IMG/VR virus record: IMGVR_UViG_3300042332_000818
Span: 32,001-96,000 of that record
Length of the DNA: 64,000 bases
Reading direction: 5' to 3' (one strand)
DNA from: a virus
Made by a program: the position numbers and the translations under genes. Under the pieces are notes generated by a model. It had not been told where the DNA came from, did no database searches, and saw only the letters and a program-made list of their open reading frames with translations. Numbering within the stretch: the stretch's first letter is position 1; the number at the start of each line of letters is the position of its first letter. Positions 1 to 9,171 of this stretch are shown here, piece by piece.

Positions 1-1
1 G

Positions 2-481
2 CTGTCAACGATTACTAGTGATCTTGAGGTTGTCTATGTTCCGGGTAATCACGATAGACTAAGTTCTTATCATCTGGCACATGCTCTTTCTAAAGCTATT
101 GATTTGCCTACTGTTACCTTTAATGTTGAGTATTCTGAAAGAAAAGTAATCACTTGGGGTAACAACTTCTTTGCTTTTGAGCATGGAGATGTAAATACTA
201 AGGATGCCCCTATGGTTTATGCGTTTGAGTTTCCACAAGACTGGGGAGCTACAAAGTATAGAACACTGTACACAGGTCACTATCACATGAAGAAGACAAC
301 CTCGTTTGTTTCAGAGAATGAGATTCATGGATTTGCTGTAAAGATCATGCCGAGTCTTTCTAGAACTGACTACTGGCACTACCATAATAAGTTTGTTGGT
401 AGTAAGAGATCAGCAATCATGGACATTCACGAAAAGTACGATGGTAAAGCTGGAGAAATCTGCCACATTAGTAAAGATTAA
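2..481 (+). CDS. Calcineurin-like metallophosphoesterase, 5'-truncated by the window edge
   Basis: The frame is open from base 2 and reads VVYVPGNHD, FEHGD and TGHYH, which are metallophosphoesterase motifs. The listed 104 start is internal. Confidence 0.8.
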   Translation: MSTITSDLEVVYVPGNHDRLSSYHLAHALSKAIDLPTVTFNVEYSERKVITWGNNFFAFEHGDVNTKDAPMVYAFEFPQDWGATKYRTLYTGHYHMKKTTSFVSENEIHGFAVKIMPSLSRTDYWHYHNKFVGSKRSAIMDIHEKYDGKAGEICHISKD

Positions 482-526
482 TGGTTGGTTCTTCCAGCTT
501 TTTTATGTAAATTATAGTGTACCTAT

Positions 527-1108
527 ATGAGGAAGTATAGAAAACCGGATTTAAAAGCACCACGTTATAGAAAGACAACACATAATATTTTAAATGCCAG
601 CTTCTTAGAAGACTTTAAAACAAAATACCCACGGTATTCTGAAATAGACAATAAGAAACTTAAGAATATTATTGAGACTTATAACGGTGTTCTTTGGCAG
701 ATGGTTATTGATGAGAGGGAAGGTGTTGAACTTCCTGAAGGTTTAGGGTTTTTGTTCATTGGAACAGCCACTTCAAAAAGTGAAAACCCTGATCCGACCA
801 AATCAGCAGAAATGGGAGTAGCAGTTACTCACATGAACTGGGCCACCAATAACAGAATCTGTAAGATCTTCTACACCAACTATCCTTCCAAGTATAGGTT
901 TGCTAATAGAGAGGTATGGACTTTTGGTGCTGTAAGGCAATTTAAACGTTCAGTTTCTAAAGCATATGTGGATAACTGGGAAAGATATATCGTCATTGAT
1001 AATCTCCGCAAGATTTCACACTTGTATAGGAAAATGAACCATAAGTTTTATGACGAAAAGAAATTACCCGAACTATTAGAGATGTACGATGAGTTTCAGA
1101 TAGATTAA
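527..1108 (+). CDS. HU/IHF-like basic DNA-binding protein (divergent)
   Basis: Basic protein with 'EGVELPEGLGFLFI', resembling the HU/IHF beta-arm. crAss-like phages carry IHF-like genes next to tail genes. Confidence 0.5.
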   Translation: MRKYRKPDLKAPRYRKTTHNILNASFLEDFKTKYPRYSEIDNKKLKNIIETYNGVLWQMVIDEREGVELPEGLGFLFIGTATSKSENPDPTKSAEMGVAVTHMNWATNNRICKIFYTNYPSKYRFANREVWTFGAVRQFKRSVSKAYVDNWERYIVIDNLRKISHLYRKMNHKFYDEKKLPELLEMYDEFQID

Positions 1109-1118
1109 ACCAAGTCTT

Positions 1119-1790
1119 ATGACTACAATTAAGGAAGTTGTTTCTAGAGTTAGAAACCTGATGAAGGGATCCAAACAGGATCCTTTTCTGACTGATAGAT
1201 ATATCTACAGTCTTATTTTGAAATACGCTGCTGTATACATGCGTCGTCAGGACTCTACAAACAAACTGATGAAATTCAACAGTGTGTTTCAGACTCTGCC
1301 ATTTGTAGAGCTAATTGAAGTAGATAAGGTAGAAGCTCACTGCTCTGGTGTAAAGAGTGGTATCACAATTAAACGTACTAAGGAGAGGCTTCCTAGTTTT
1401 ATGCAGGGTTACTGGGGTCCCATTATTAGAACCGTAAGTTCTATTGATGGCTCTATTGAATTGCAACCTACTATGCCGGGAACTTTTACGTCTATGACTA
1501 AAACAAGTTCTTTCAAGTACAATACAACTAAGTACTACTGGTTTCTTAATGGTTACCTGTACATGCCCAATATTGATTGGGATGCTATTTTGATTGAGGG
1601 TGTATTTGAAGGAGATATCACTAAGTGGAATTGTGACCCTAAAGATGATTGTGATCCAAGACATCATCAACCTCTTAATGTTCCGGATTTTCTGTTTGCT
1701 GAGATTGAAGCAATGGTGCTGAAGGATCTTGCAGCTCAAGCAAGTGTTCCTGCCGATATGAGTGATGACAAATTAAACGTTCTTAGATAA
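1119..1790 (+). CDS. Putative crAss-like virion ring/neck structural protein
   Basis: 223-aa ORF coupled (TAATG) to the tail-tubular-like gene. Position and size match crAss-like ring proteins. Confidence 0.55.
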   Translation: MTTIKEVVSRVRNLMKGSKQDPFLTDRYIYSLILKYAAVYMRRQDSTNKLMKFNSVFQTLPFVELIEVDKVEAHCSGVKSGITIKRTKERLPSFMQGYWGPIIRTVSSIDGSIELQPTMPGTFTSMTKTSSFKYNTTKYYWFLNGYLYMPNIDWDAILIEGVFEGDITKWNCDPKDDCDPRHHQPLNVPDFLFAEIEAMVLKDLAAQASVPADMSDDKLNVLR

Positions 1791-2659
1791 TGGCACAGTA
1801 CACAGTTAAATACCGTTCGTTTGATCAACTGCTTGAGGATGTGACAGTTGACTTTAGCTCATATGCTCTTGAGGGTATGATTGAGCCTCAGCAACTTATT
1901 AAGGTTGCTTTGAGAGTTAACTATGACCTTGGTCTCAGAATTCATCAGCAGAAAGAAGTTGTTATTGATGTTGAGCATGGTAAGGCAAAACTGCCATCAG
2001 ATTTCTACACTTTGAACTTTGCTTTGCTTGCTGGTAATATGACTTGGCAGGAGCCTGTTCTTTCTGGTACACACATTGAAGATGTTGTTCTTGACCGTGG
2101 ACTTGTAGAGCTTGATGCTAATGACTGTCCGGTTGATACATCTGTTTGCCAATCTGATTGTGGTAACTACTACCAGCTTATTCAGAAGTTTAAAACAAAG
2201 ACCGTTACCTATGAGTCTTTGCAGACTATTAGAATTAAACCTTCAAGTGCTGTAAGTGGTGATTGTCCTAATACACGTTGGAGTTCTTCATATCAAGCAG
2301 ACATCCGTGGAGGATTCATCTATACTAGTTTCCAAACCGGTAAGCTTTATGTAAACTACCAAGGAGCTCTTGAAGATGAGAATGGTGAGCTTCAGGTTAT
2401 GGATCACCCTATGATTAATGAATACTATGAATATGCAATTAAGCAGCGTATTCTTGAGAACATGTACATTAATGGTGAAGATGTAGTTCAGAAGCTTACG
2501 CTTGTAGAACAACGTCTTAGAGGTGCTAGAAACAACGCTTTGTCTATTGTTAATACTCCGGACTTTGCAGAGATGAAGAAGCTTTGGGAAGTTAACCGTA
2601 AAGCGCAATACCACAAGTATGTAGATATGTTTAAGTCTTACCCGACTGTACAGTACTAA
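1790..2659 (+). CDS. Putative tail tubular (ring) protein
   Basis: 'IDVEHGKAKLPSDFY' and 'GFIYTSFQTGKLYVNYQG' resemble crAss-like tail tubular proteins. It lies directly before the stabilization-like gene. Confidence 0.6.
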   Translation: MAQYTVKYRSFDQLLEDVTVDFSSYALEGMIEPQQLIKVALRVNYDLGLRIHQQKEVVIDVEHGKAKLPSDFYTLNFALLAGNMTWQEPVLSGTHIEDVVLDRGLVELDANDCPVDTSVCQSDCGNYYQLIQKFKTKTVTYESLQTIRIKPSSAVSGDCPNTRWSSSYQADIRGGFIYTSFQTGKLYVNYQGALEDENGELQVMDHPMINEYYEYAIKQRILENMYINGEDVVQKLTLVEQRLRGARNNALSIVNTPDFAEMKKLWEVNRKAQYHKYVDMFKSYPTVQY

Positions 2660-2670
2660 AGAAATAAGAA

Positions 2671-5600
2671 ATGGCTAAACAGAATCAAGAAGGAACGTCA
2701 CCCATTGCCTTTAACAAGGGGATGGTAAAAGATAATGCTGATCTGTTTCACCCTGATGGTTCTTGGTCACATGCACGTAATGCTGTGAACTCTTCATTTC
2801 AGGGTGACGTAGGTGTATTATCTAATGAACCTTCTAACAAGTTCTGTGCACAAGCCCCATATACGGTTATCGGTACAATCCACATCACTGATGATGAGTG
2901 GGTAATATTTTCTACAGATAATAACAATAGTGAGATTGGCTACTTTAAAGAAGCCACTTGCACTTACACTAAAATTGTCAATGCCCCGTGCTTAGCATTT
3001 GATAAGAATCATCTTATTACAGGAGCCTCTAGAGAGAACTTTGACTGCAGTAGGCAGATCTATTGGGATGATGGAAAAAACCCATCACGTACACTAAATA
3101 TTAATAACCCTCCGTACATAACTACAAGAACTGTAGTTAATGACTGTGTGGTAAATACCCCAACAGATGAACTCAATTGTGAAGCCCTACGTTTGGCTCC
3201 TCTCTTTAAAGTACCATGTATTTCAATGGGAAGAGGAGACAATGCTGGCACTTTATATAATGGCTCATATCAAGCAGCAATCGCCTACTCAATCAACGGA
3301 CAACGAGTAACAGATTACATTGCTCTTTCTAATGTTGTATCATTGTTTGATCACGATAATGCAAATGGTTCTCTTGAAATTAAGATTACCGGTTTAGAGA
3401 CAGAAGCTTTTGAAGAGTATGAACTTGTAATTATTAGTAATACTAAGACCTTACAAGCTGATGCTAAGATTTTGGGTTACTACAGTACTAATCAGAATAT
3501 TATTAGTATTGACAATGTTGCAATCTCTCTTGTAACAGTTGAGCTATCTAGAATTCCTATTCTTAATTCTGTATATGAGAAGTCTGATGCAATGTTTCCA
3601 ACTGGAGACTACCTTATCAGAACAGGAGTATACGAGCGTTTTAATTTTAACTACCAGCCACAAGCAAACAAGATTAAGAGCAGATGGGTTGCTGTAGAGT
3701 ATCCAGCAGATTACTATCTAAATGGTAGTAATCGTGGTTACATGCGCGATGAGCAGTATGCTTTCTTTATTCGTTGGGTTTATAACACAGGTGAAAGATC
3801 ACTTGCATACCATATTCCTGGAAGAGCGGCATTATCCTCTGATTTAGAGAATGTTGTTGGTAATGACGTAATTTATTCTAATAAGAGTAAGCGTTGGCAG
3901 AACTACAATACTGCTACAATTACTTCTGCACAGACAGAATTACTTTCTGATGGAGGTAAGATTATTGGAAGAGGTGAAATGGGTTACTGGGAATCTACAG
4001 AAAGATATCCTGATAACAAGCCGGAACGTTGGGCTGAATTGTGTGGTAAACCTATTAGACACCACAAGTTTCCGGATGATGGATTGATTCCTAGACATAA
4101 TGTTGATGGAACTAAGATTGTAGTTCTTGGCGTTGACTTTACCAATATTACCGTTCCTGTAGATAATGACGGTAACCGAATTGATTCTATTGTAGGTTAT
4201 GAGATTCTTAGAGGATCAAGACTTGGTAATAAAACTATTCTTGCTAAGGGTCTTATTAACAACATGGGTACTTACCAGTTGCCTGGTGAGAGAGAAGCAG
4301 ATGATCAAACTATCCTCTTTACAAACTATCCGTTTAATGACCTAAGAAAGGATCCCTTTCTTTCTACCAACTTTGTAAAGGGTGGAACTGCACTTAATAA
4401 TCTACAGGTTGCAGAGCTAGATACCTATAAGGATAATAAAAGATACTTTTCTTTTCACTCACCTGAGTTTGGTTTTAACAAGACTTTTTTATCTGCTACC
4501 GAGCTTAAGGTTTATGGTGAAGCATACGGTAAAACAAAAGGTAAGTTTATTGAACCCAGTGAACATCCCAAGCATGTAATTATTAGAAACCTTACAGCTT
4601 TGGTTTCTTTGCTTTTGGGTCTTGGTAAGTTGGATAAACACTTAAGAGGTCAAAGAACATTTACATTACCAAATGTTCCAAGTATAATAAGAGGTGGACT
4701 TCTTCCTCCCTCTGCAGGAACTCTTGATAGATGGGCTACCACACTTGGCACTTTGCTTGATCCTTCAGGTGCTGCTCAATGGGCATCACTTGGTTTTTTA
4801 ACACAAGATATTGAAAGTTCTGATCTTAATGATTTACCCCAACCTTTAAGAGCTGCGGCAGCTATTCCTGCCATTATTAGGGGACTGACCGAGGGTACAA
4901 ATGACTACCTTGATAAGTTTTATGATTTTCTTCAGTACAGACAGCATGCCTTACAACATGTTGCTTATGGATTTTATAATCAGTTTAAGAAAGCACCGGT
5001 AGGTAATACTCGTAGATTGATTTCAGAATCTGCTTATGTGTATCCTCAACTTCAACAGTTTGAAAACAGAATCTCTGTAAATAATCTTTATAGAAGTAGA
5101 ACTGTAGTATTTAAAACTGGTAGTGATCTACAGCATCCTACTATTGTAGATGATTCTCGTTATACTGTAGGTCAGTCTCGTTCTTGGAAGAATCCGTTTG
5201 ATGAAAAGGTTCGTAATATTTCTTCGCACTATGGTGCAATGAAGATTGATTACGAGAATCAATATGGTCAGATTGATAGTACTATTATTCTTCCAACTGG
5301 TTGCAGATTTGTAATTCCTGGATTTGTACAAAATGGACAGAAGTTTACTTCTCCATTAGTATTTGGTGGTGATATCTACATCAATCGTTATACAGAGAAG
5401 AATACAATGTTCTTCTTTAATAACTGGATGACAGATCAGCCAGATGGAACTGTATTTGACTATACAAAATACATTAACGTTCCGTTCCCAACATATTGGA
5501 TGAATACAGAAAGATGGGAGCTTGAAGAGTTCTTCACTGGAATTGGTGACAATATATCTAACTGGGTTTCAGGATTGTTTAGCAGTAGCATTGCACAACA

Positions 5601-7374
5601 GAATAGAGAAACTATTCCTGATGCCGCAACTCTTCCTTCCAATCTTCATAACCTAGACATGAATAGAAGTCTGGTTAATAGTATAGGTTTTGGGATTAGA
5701 TATGGTTACATCTATTTGTTTAGCTCTGGTGTTAAAGACTTTTTTGTAGAGTCTGAGTTTAATACTGCACATAGAGATCATGATGATAGACCTGAAACTC
5801 GTCACTATGATCATAAAGAATACACAAGACTAGAAGATTTATTTGATATTAAGATTATTACTACTGGTAACTACTACAAGTACGATCTTACTCTTAATAT
5901 CTCTAACTTTCCAACTCAAAAGTATACTCACTCTATTCTTCAAGCTCGTTACTACAATCCGGTAACCGCAGAAGATTGTGAGATCTACTATCCCACAAGA
6001 GCTATTTACTCTTTACCCTCTACAAGTAGTACGCAGATTAAAGATCCTTGGAAGGTTTTCTTAACTAATAACGTTTATGATTTTAATAGCCGTGTTGCTA
6101 ATATTAAGATTAACGTTGATGGAACGTTTTTAATTCTGCAGGAGAACCATCCTCCTTTGAGATTCTTAGCTCAGGATACTCTTCAGTTGGATCTTGGTAC
6201 TAAGATCTCTGTGGGTGATGCTGAAGTATTTGAGAGAGCACCACAGGCTTTGCTTGCTGCTGATTCAGGATATGAATATGGTACATGTCAGAGCACGTTT
6301 GGATCAACGTCTACACCTTACGGTGTATTCTGGATGTCATCTAAGCAAGGTAAGATTTTCCAGTATTCTGAAGGATTAAAAGAAATTTCAAGAACCGGTA
6401 TGAAGTGGTGGTTGTCACGTTACATGCCCTTTATGATTCTTGAAGACTTTCCGGATTTTCCGCTTACTGATAATTCTGTAAATGGTGTTGGAACATCGGT
6501 AATCTTTGATAGCACCGAAGAGCTTGTATACTTCAGTAAGAAGGACTACATGCTTCGTCCAGAGTTTAAAGGACAACTTGTGCATGTTAGAGATAATCAA
6601 TTTGCTCTTGCTAATAACCGCCTTGTAACAATTACTCTGCAGGATCCAAATTATTTTGCTGAAGCTTCTTGGACTTTGAGTTATGACTTGAAGACCAACT
6701 CTTGGGTATCTCTACATGACTGGCATCCGAATCTTATGATTCCTTCACAGTCACACTTCTTCTCAATTAAGGATGACAAACTGTGGTTGCATAATGATAC
6801 TTGTCAAAGCTTCTGTAACTACTACGGAGCGGATTACCCATTTGAAGTAGAGATTCTATCTAATACAGGGGTAACGGTAACCACACTTCGTAGTGTAGAA
6901 TACCAAGTAGAAGCTTATCAATACAGAGAGAACTGTTCTGACGCACACCATGTGTTAGACTTCAATTTCGATAGAGCTGTTGTGCATAACTCTGAACAGG
7001 TTTCTGGTATGCTAAAACTGAATCTTACTCCTAAGAATAACTCTGCTGCAATTCTTACTTACCCTAGAATAAACGTTTCTGATATTGATATTCTTTACAG
7101 TAAGGAAGAGAATAAGTATAGATTCAATCAGTTCTGGGATATTACCCGTGACCGTGGTGAGTTTAGCACTGTACGTAGAACTATTTGGAATACTGAACCC
7201 AATGGTTATATCAGAAATCTTAATACTGTAAACCTAGACTATACTAAGGATCCGCATCAGCGTAAGAAGTTTAGACACTATCATAACCACATTATGTTTA
7301 GAAAGAACTTTAGTGGTAACAATCATATTCTTTTGAACCTAGCTACTGTTAAAGTACAATACTCACCACGATGA
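2671..7374 (+). CDS. Tail stabilization / muzzle protein (P22 gp10-like, crAss-type)
   Basis: 1567 aa, beta-rich. Carries N-terminal 'FNKGMVKD...ARNAV', 'VFGGDIYINRY' and 'SWTLSYDLKTNSWVSLHDWHP', as seen in crAss-like stabilization proteins. Confidence 0.75.
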   Translation: MAKQNQEGTSPIAFNKGMVKDNADLFHPDGSWSHARNAVNSSFQGDVGVLSNEPSNKFCAQAPYTVIGTIHITDDEWVIFSTDNNNSEIGYFKEATCTYTKIVNAPCLAFDKNHLITGASRENFDCSRQIYWDDGKNPSRTLNINNPPYITTRTVVNDCVVNTPTDELNCEALRLAPLFKVPCISMGRGDNAGTLYNGSYQAAIAYSINGQRVTDYIALSNVVSLFDHDNANGSLEIKITGLETEAFEEYELVIISNTKTLQADAKILGYYSTNQNIISIDNVAISLVTVELSRIPILNSVYEKSDAMFPTGDYLIRTGVYERFNFNYQPQANKIKSRWVAVEYPADYYLNGSNRGYMRDEQYAFFIRWVYNTGERSLAYHIPGRAALSSDLENVVGNDVIYSNKSKRWQNYNTATITSAQTELLSDGGKIIGRGEMGYWESTERYPDNKPERWAELCGKPIRHHKFPDDGLIPRHNVDGTKIVVLGVDFTNITVPVDNDGNRIDSIVGYEILRGSRLGNKTILAKGLINNMGTYQLPGEREADDQTILFTNYPFNDLRKDPFLSTNFVKGGTALNNLQVAELDTYKDNKRYFSFHSPEFGFNKTFLSATELKVYGEAYGKTKGKFIEPSEHPKHVIIRNLTALVSLLLGLGKLDKHLRGQRTFTLPNVPSIIRGGLLPPSAGTLDRWATTLGTLLDPSGAAQWASLGFLTQDIESSDLNDLPQPLRAAAAIPAIIRGLTEGTNDYLDKFYDFLQYRQHALQHVAYGFYNQFKKAPVGNTRRLISESAYVYPQLQQFENRISVNNLYRSRTVVFKTGSDLQHPTIVDDSRYTVGQSRSWKNPFDEKVRNISSHYGAMKIDYENQYGQIDSTIILPTGCRFVIPGFVQNGQKFTSPLVFGGDIYINRYTEKNTMFFFNNWMTDQPDGTVFDYTKYINVPFPTYWMNTERWELEEFFTGIGDNISNWVSGLFSSSIAQQNRETIPDAATLPSNLHNLDMNRSLVNSIGFGIRYGYIYLFSSGVKDFFVESEFNTAHRDHDDRPETRHYDHKEYTRLEDLFDIKIITTGNYYKYDLTLNISNFPTQKYTHSILQARYYNPVTAEDCEIYYPTRAIYSLPSTSSTQIKDPWKVFLTNNVYDFNSRVANIKINVDGTFLILQENHPPLRFLAQDTLQLDLGTKISVGDAEVFERAPQALLAADSGYEYGTCQSTFGSTSTPYGVFWMSSKQGKIFQYSEGLKEISRTGMKWWLSRYMPFMILEDFPDFPLTDNSVNGVGTSVIFDSTEELVYFSKKDYMLRPEFKGQLVHVRDNQFALANNRLVTITLQDPNYFAEASWTLSYDLKTNSWVSLHDWHPNLMIPSQSHFFSIKDDKLWLHNDTCQSFCNYYGADYPFEVEILSNTGVTVTTLRSVEYQVEAYQYRENCSDAHHVLDFNFDRAVVHNSEQVSGMLKLNLTPKNNSAAILTYPRINVSDIDILYSKEENKYRFNQFWDITRDRGEFSTVRRTIWNTEPNGYIRNLNTVNLDYTKDPHQRKKFRHYHNHIMFRKNFSGNNHILLNLATVKVQYSPR

Positions 7375-9113
7375 AGAAGTCAAAGCTTGGATATAAGAGA
7401 TATTCTCCGGATGTAAAGAAGCCGTATAATGTCATTCCTTCTGGTAGAATTACTATGAAGGATGTAGACTTTCCGGTATATGGAGTAGATAATATTGGCT
7501 ATGCTCAGGTAATGTATCCTGGAGGAGAATATCAATTTCCTGGTAATCAGGTATTTGAAGTACCTATGGCTCAAGTTGGTGCCCAAGTACCGCAACCTTT
7601 TATTCGTCCTGACTTTTTTACACCTGCACAAATACGCCAAGCAAAGATTGATCTAGCTCAAAATAAAAAACCTTTAACTACTGAAGGTAGAATTAATGAG
7701 ATGTTAGGTGATCCAAAAAGTAGAGCTGCTGATCTTTCACAAAAAGTTGCACCTAAAGGTGAAGGCCCGGTAGACAATATTAGACATACTGTTGCTGGTA
7801 TGTATACTGCTGATGCTATTGCTAATAAGTTAGCACCGTATCCAATGGGTCCTACAACAATTCCAGCAAAAGCATTAGGTTTTGTAGGTTCAAATCTTGC
7901 AGGACTTGCACATGAAGTAAAAGCATTTGTGCCAAGTTTGGAAGGTGACTATAGAAATATTCCTGCTGTTGCTAGGATGAGTGCTGAAGACATGATTAAC
8001 AACTTTGTTGGATCAGCACTTTCTCTTAATCCGTTTATGACTGAAAAAGAAAAAGAAGATTTTATTGTAAAGATGTCTTATGAAAATTATCTTCCAGATG
8101 GTTATGTACAAATAGATCCTAAGCATTCTAAAGATTTATATTTTAAAAAACAATATGGTGGTGATTTAGAGGAGTTTGGATCTGGTGGTTTAAAGCAATG
8201 GTTTGCTGAGAAGTGGGTTGATGTAAAGACCGGCAAAGAATGCGGACGTTCTGGTAAAGACAAAGACGGTAGACCGTATCCTGCATGCAGACCAAGTAGA
8301 AGAGTAAACTCTACTACACCTAAGACTACTTCTGAAATGTCATCTGCTGAGAAAGCTAAGTTTAAAAGTGTAAAGACTTCAGGACAAAGAATTAATTATA
8401 ATCATAAGAGAGCTCAACAAGGGGGACAACTATCTGCATCTGCTAGATATCAAACGGGTGGTTTTATGATACCAGAAGGATTATCACCAGCATTCTTTAC
8501 TGGTATGAAAGATGCAGTAGTGGATGCTTTTAAATCTTTTATGGCTTCTCCGGATGAACCAGTGGCTAAACCTAAACCTACAGACTGGAGAAAACTTTCT
8601 AGACCTGAGCAGATTGATTATGGTATCAATCAGATCGTTGCCCTAGAAGATCCTAAGAATAGAAAAGCTGTTGAGAATCTATTACAGGCTACTGCTTATA
8701 TGGAGAATACATATGGTACAAATCCAAAAGCTTACGGTAGAAACTATACATCTTCATTCATGTCTATTGATCCTATTGCCTTAACTGATATGTTTACAGG
8801 TAGAGGTAATCAGGGTGCTTATAATGCTGCACAGCAAAGACAGTTTGAAAACTTTAAGAGATTGAATCTTCCCACAGATAAGAACAAGTTTAATCAACTT
8901 CTTAGAGAAGATAATCCTGTTGCTGCAATGGCTGCAGCTAGATATAGATATGCTTTGTCACCACAAGCATTACCGGATCCAAATAACTCACGTCAGTTAT
9001 TTGACTATTGGTTGAAGAACTATAATGGTAATGGGGTATTGAAGTACAAATCAAGAGAAGAAGCATTCAAAGATTTTCAAAAGGCTTACCAAAAAGCTAT
9101 TAGTAACGATTAA
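7371..9113 (+). CDS. Modular virion cargo-like protein (DUF6973-like, DUF5872-like half, C-terminal lysozyme-like domain)
   Basis: Modules are separated by AQVG, QYGG, GSGG, QQGG and QTGG. Motifs include RH...AHE...DMINNFVG, GLKQWFAEKWVDV and LLQATAYMEN...YWLKNYN. Confidence 0.6.
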   Translation: MKKSKLGYKRYSPDVKKPYNVIPSGRITMKDVDFPVYGVDNIGYAQVMYPGGEYQFPGNQVFEVPMAQVGAQVPQPFIRPDFFTPAQIRQAKIDLAQNKKPLTTEGRINEMLGDPKSRAADLSQKVAPKGEGPVDNIRHTVAGMYTADAIANKLAPYPMGPTTIPAKALGFVGSNLAGLAHEVKAFVPSLEGDYRNIPAVARMSAEDMINNFVGSALSLNPFMTEKEKEDFIVKMSYENYLPDGYVQIDPKHSKDLYFKKQYGGDLEEFGSGGLKQWFAEKWVDVKTGKECGRSGKDKDGRPYPACRPSRRVNSTTPKTTSEMSSAEKAKFKSVKTSGQRINYNHKRAQQGGQLSASARYQTGGFMIPEGLSPAFFTGMKDAVVDAFKSFMASPDEPVAKPKPTDWRKLSRPEQIDYGINQIVALEDPKNRKAVENLLQATAYMENTYGTNPKAYGRNYTSSFMSIDPIALTDMFTGRGNQGAYNAAQQRQFENFKRLNLPTDKNKFNQLLREDNPVAAMAAARYRYALSPQALPDPNNSRQLFDYWLKNYNGNGVLKYKSREEAFKDFQKAYQKAISND

Positions 9114-9138
9114 CATTTGGAAATCTCCCATAAAATAA

Positions 9139-9154
9139 CGAAATTATATAGAGG
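9139..9154 (+). promoter_or_regulatory. Putative late promoter (CGAAATTATATAGAGG)
   Basis: Variant of the shared motif, just upstream of the ATG at 9172. Confidence 0.45.
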
Positions 9155-9171
9155 ACTTATTGTATTTTATC

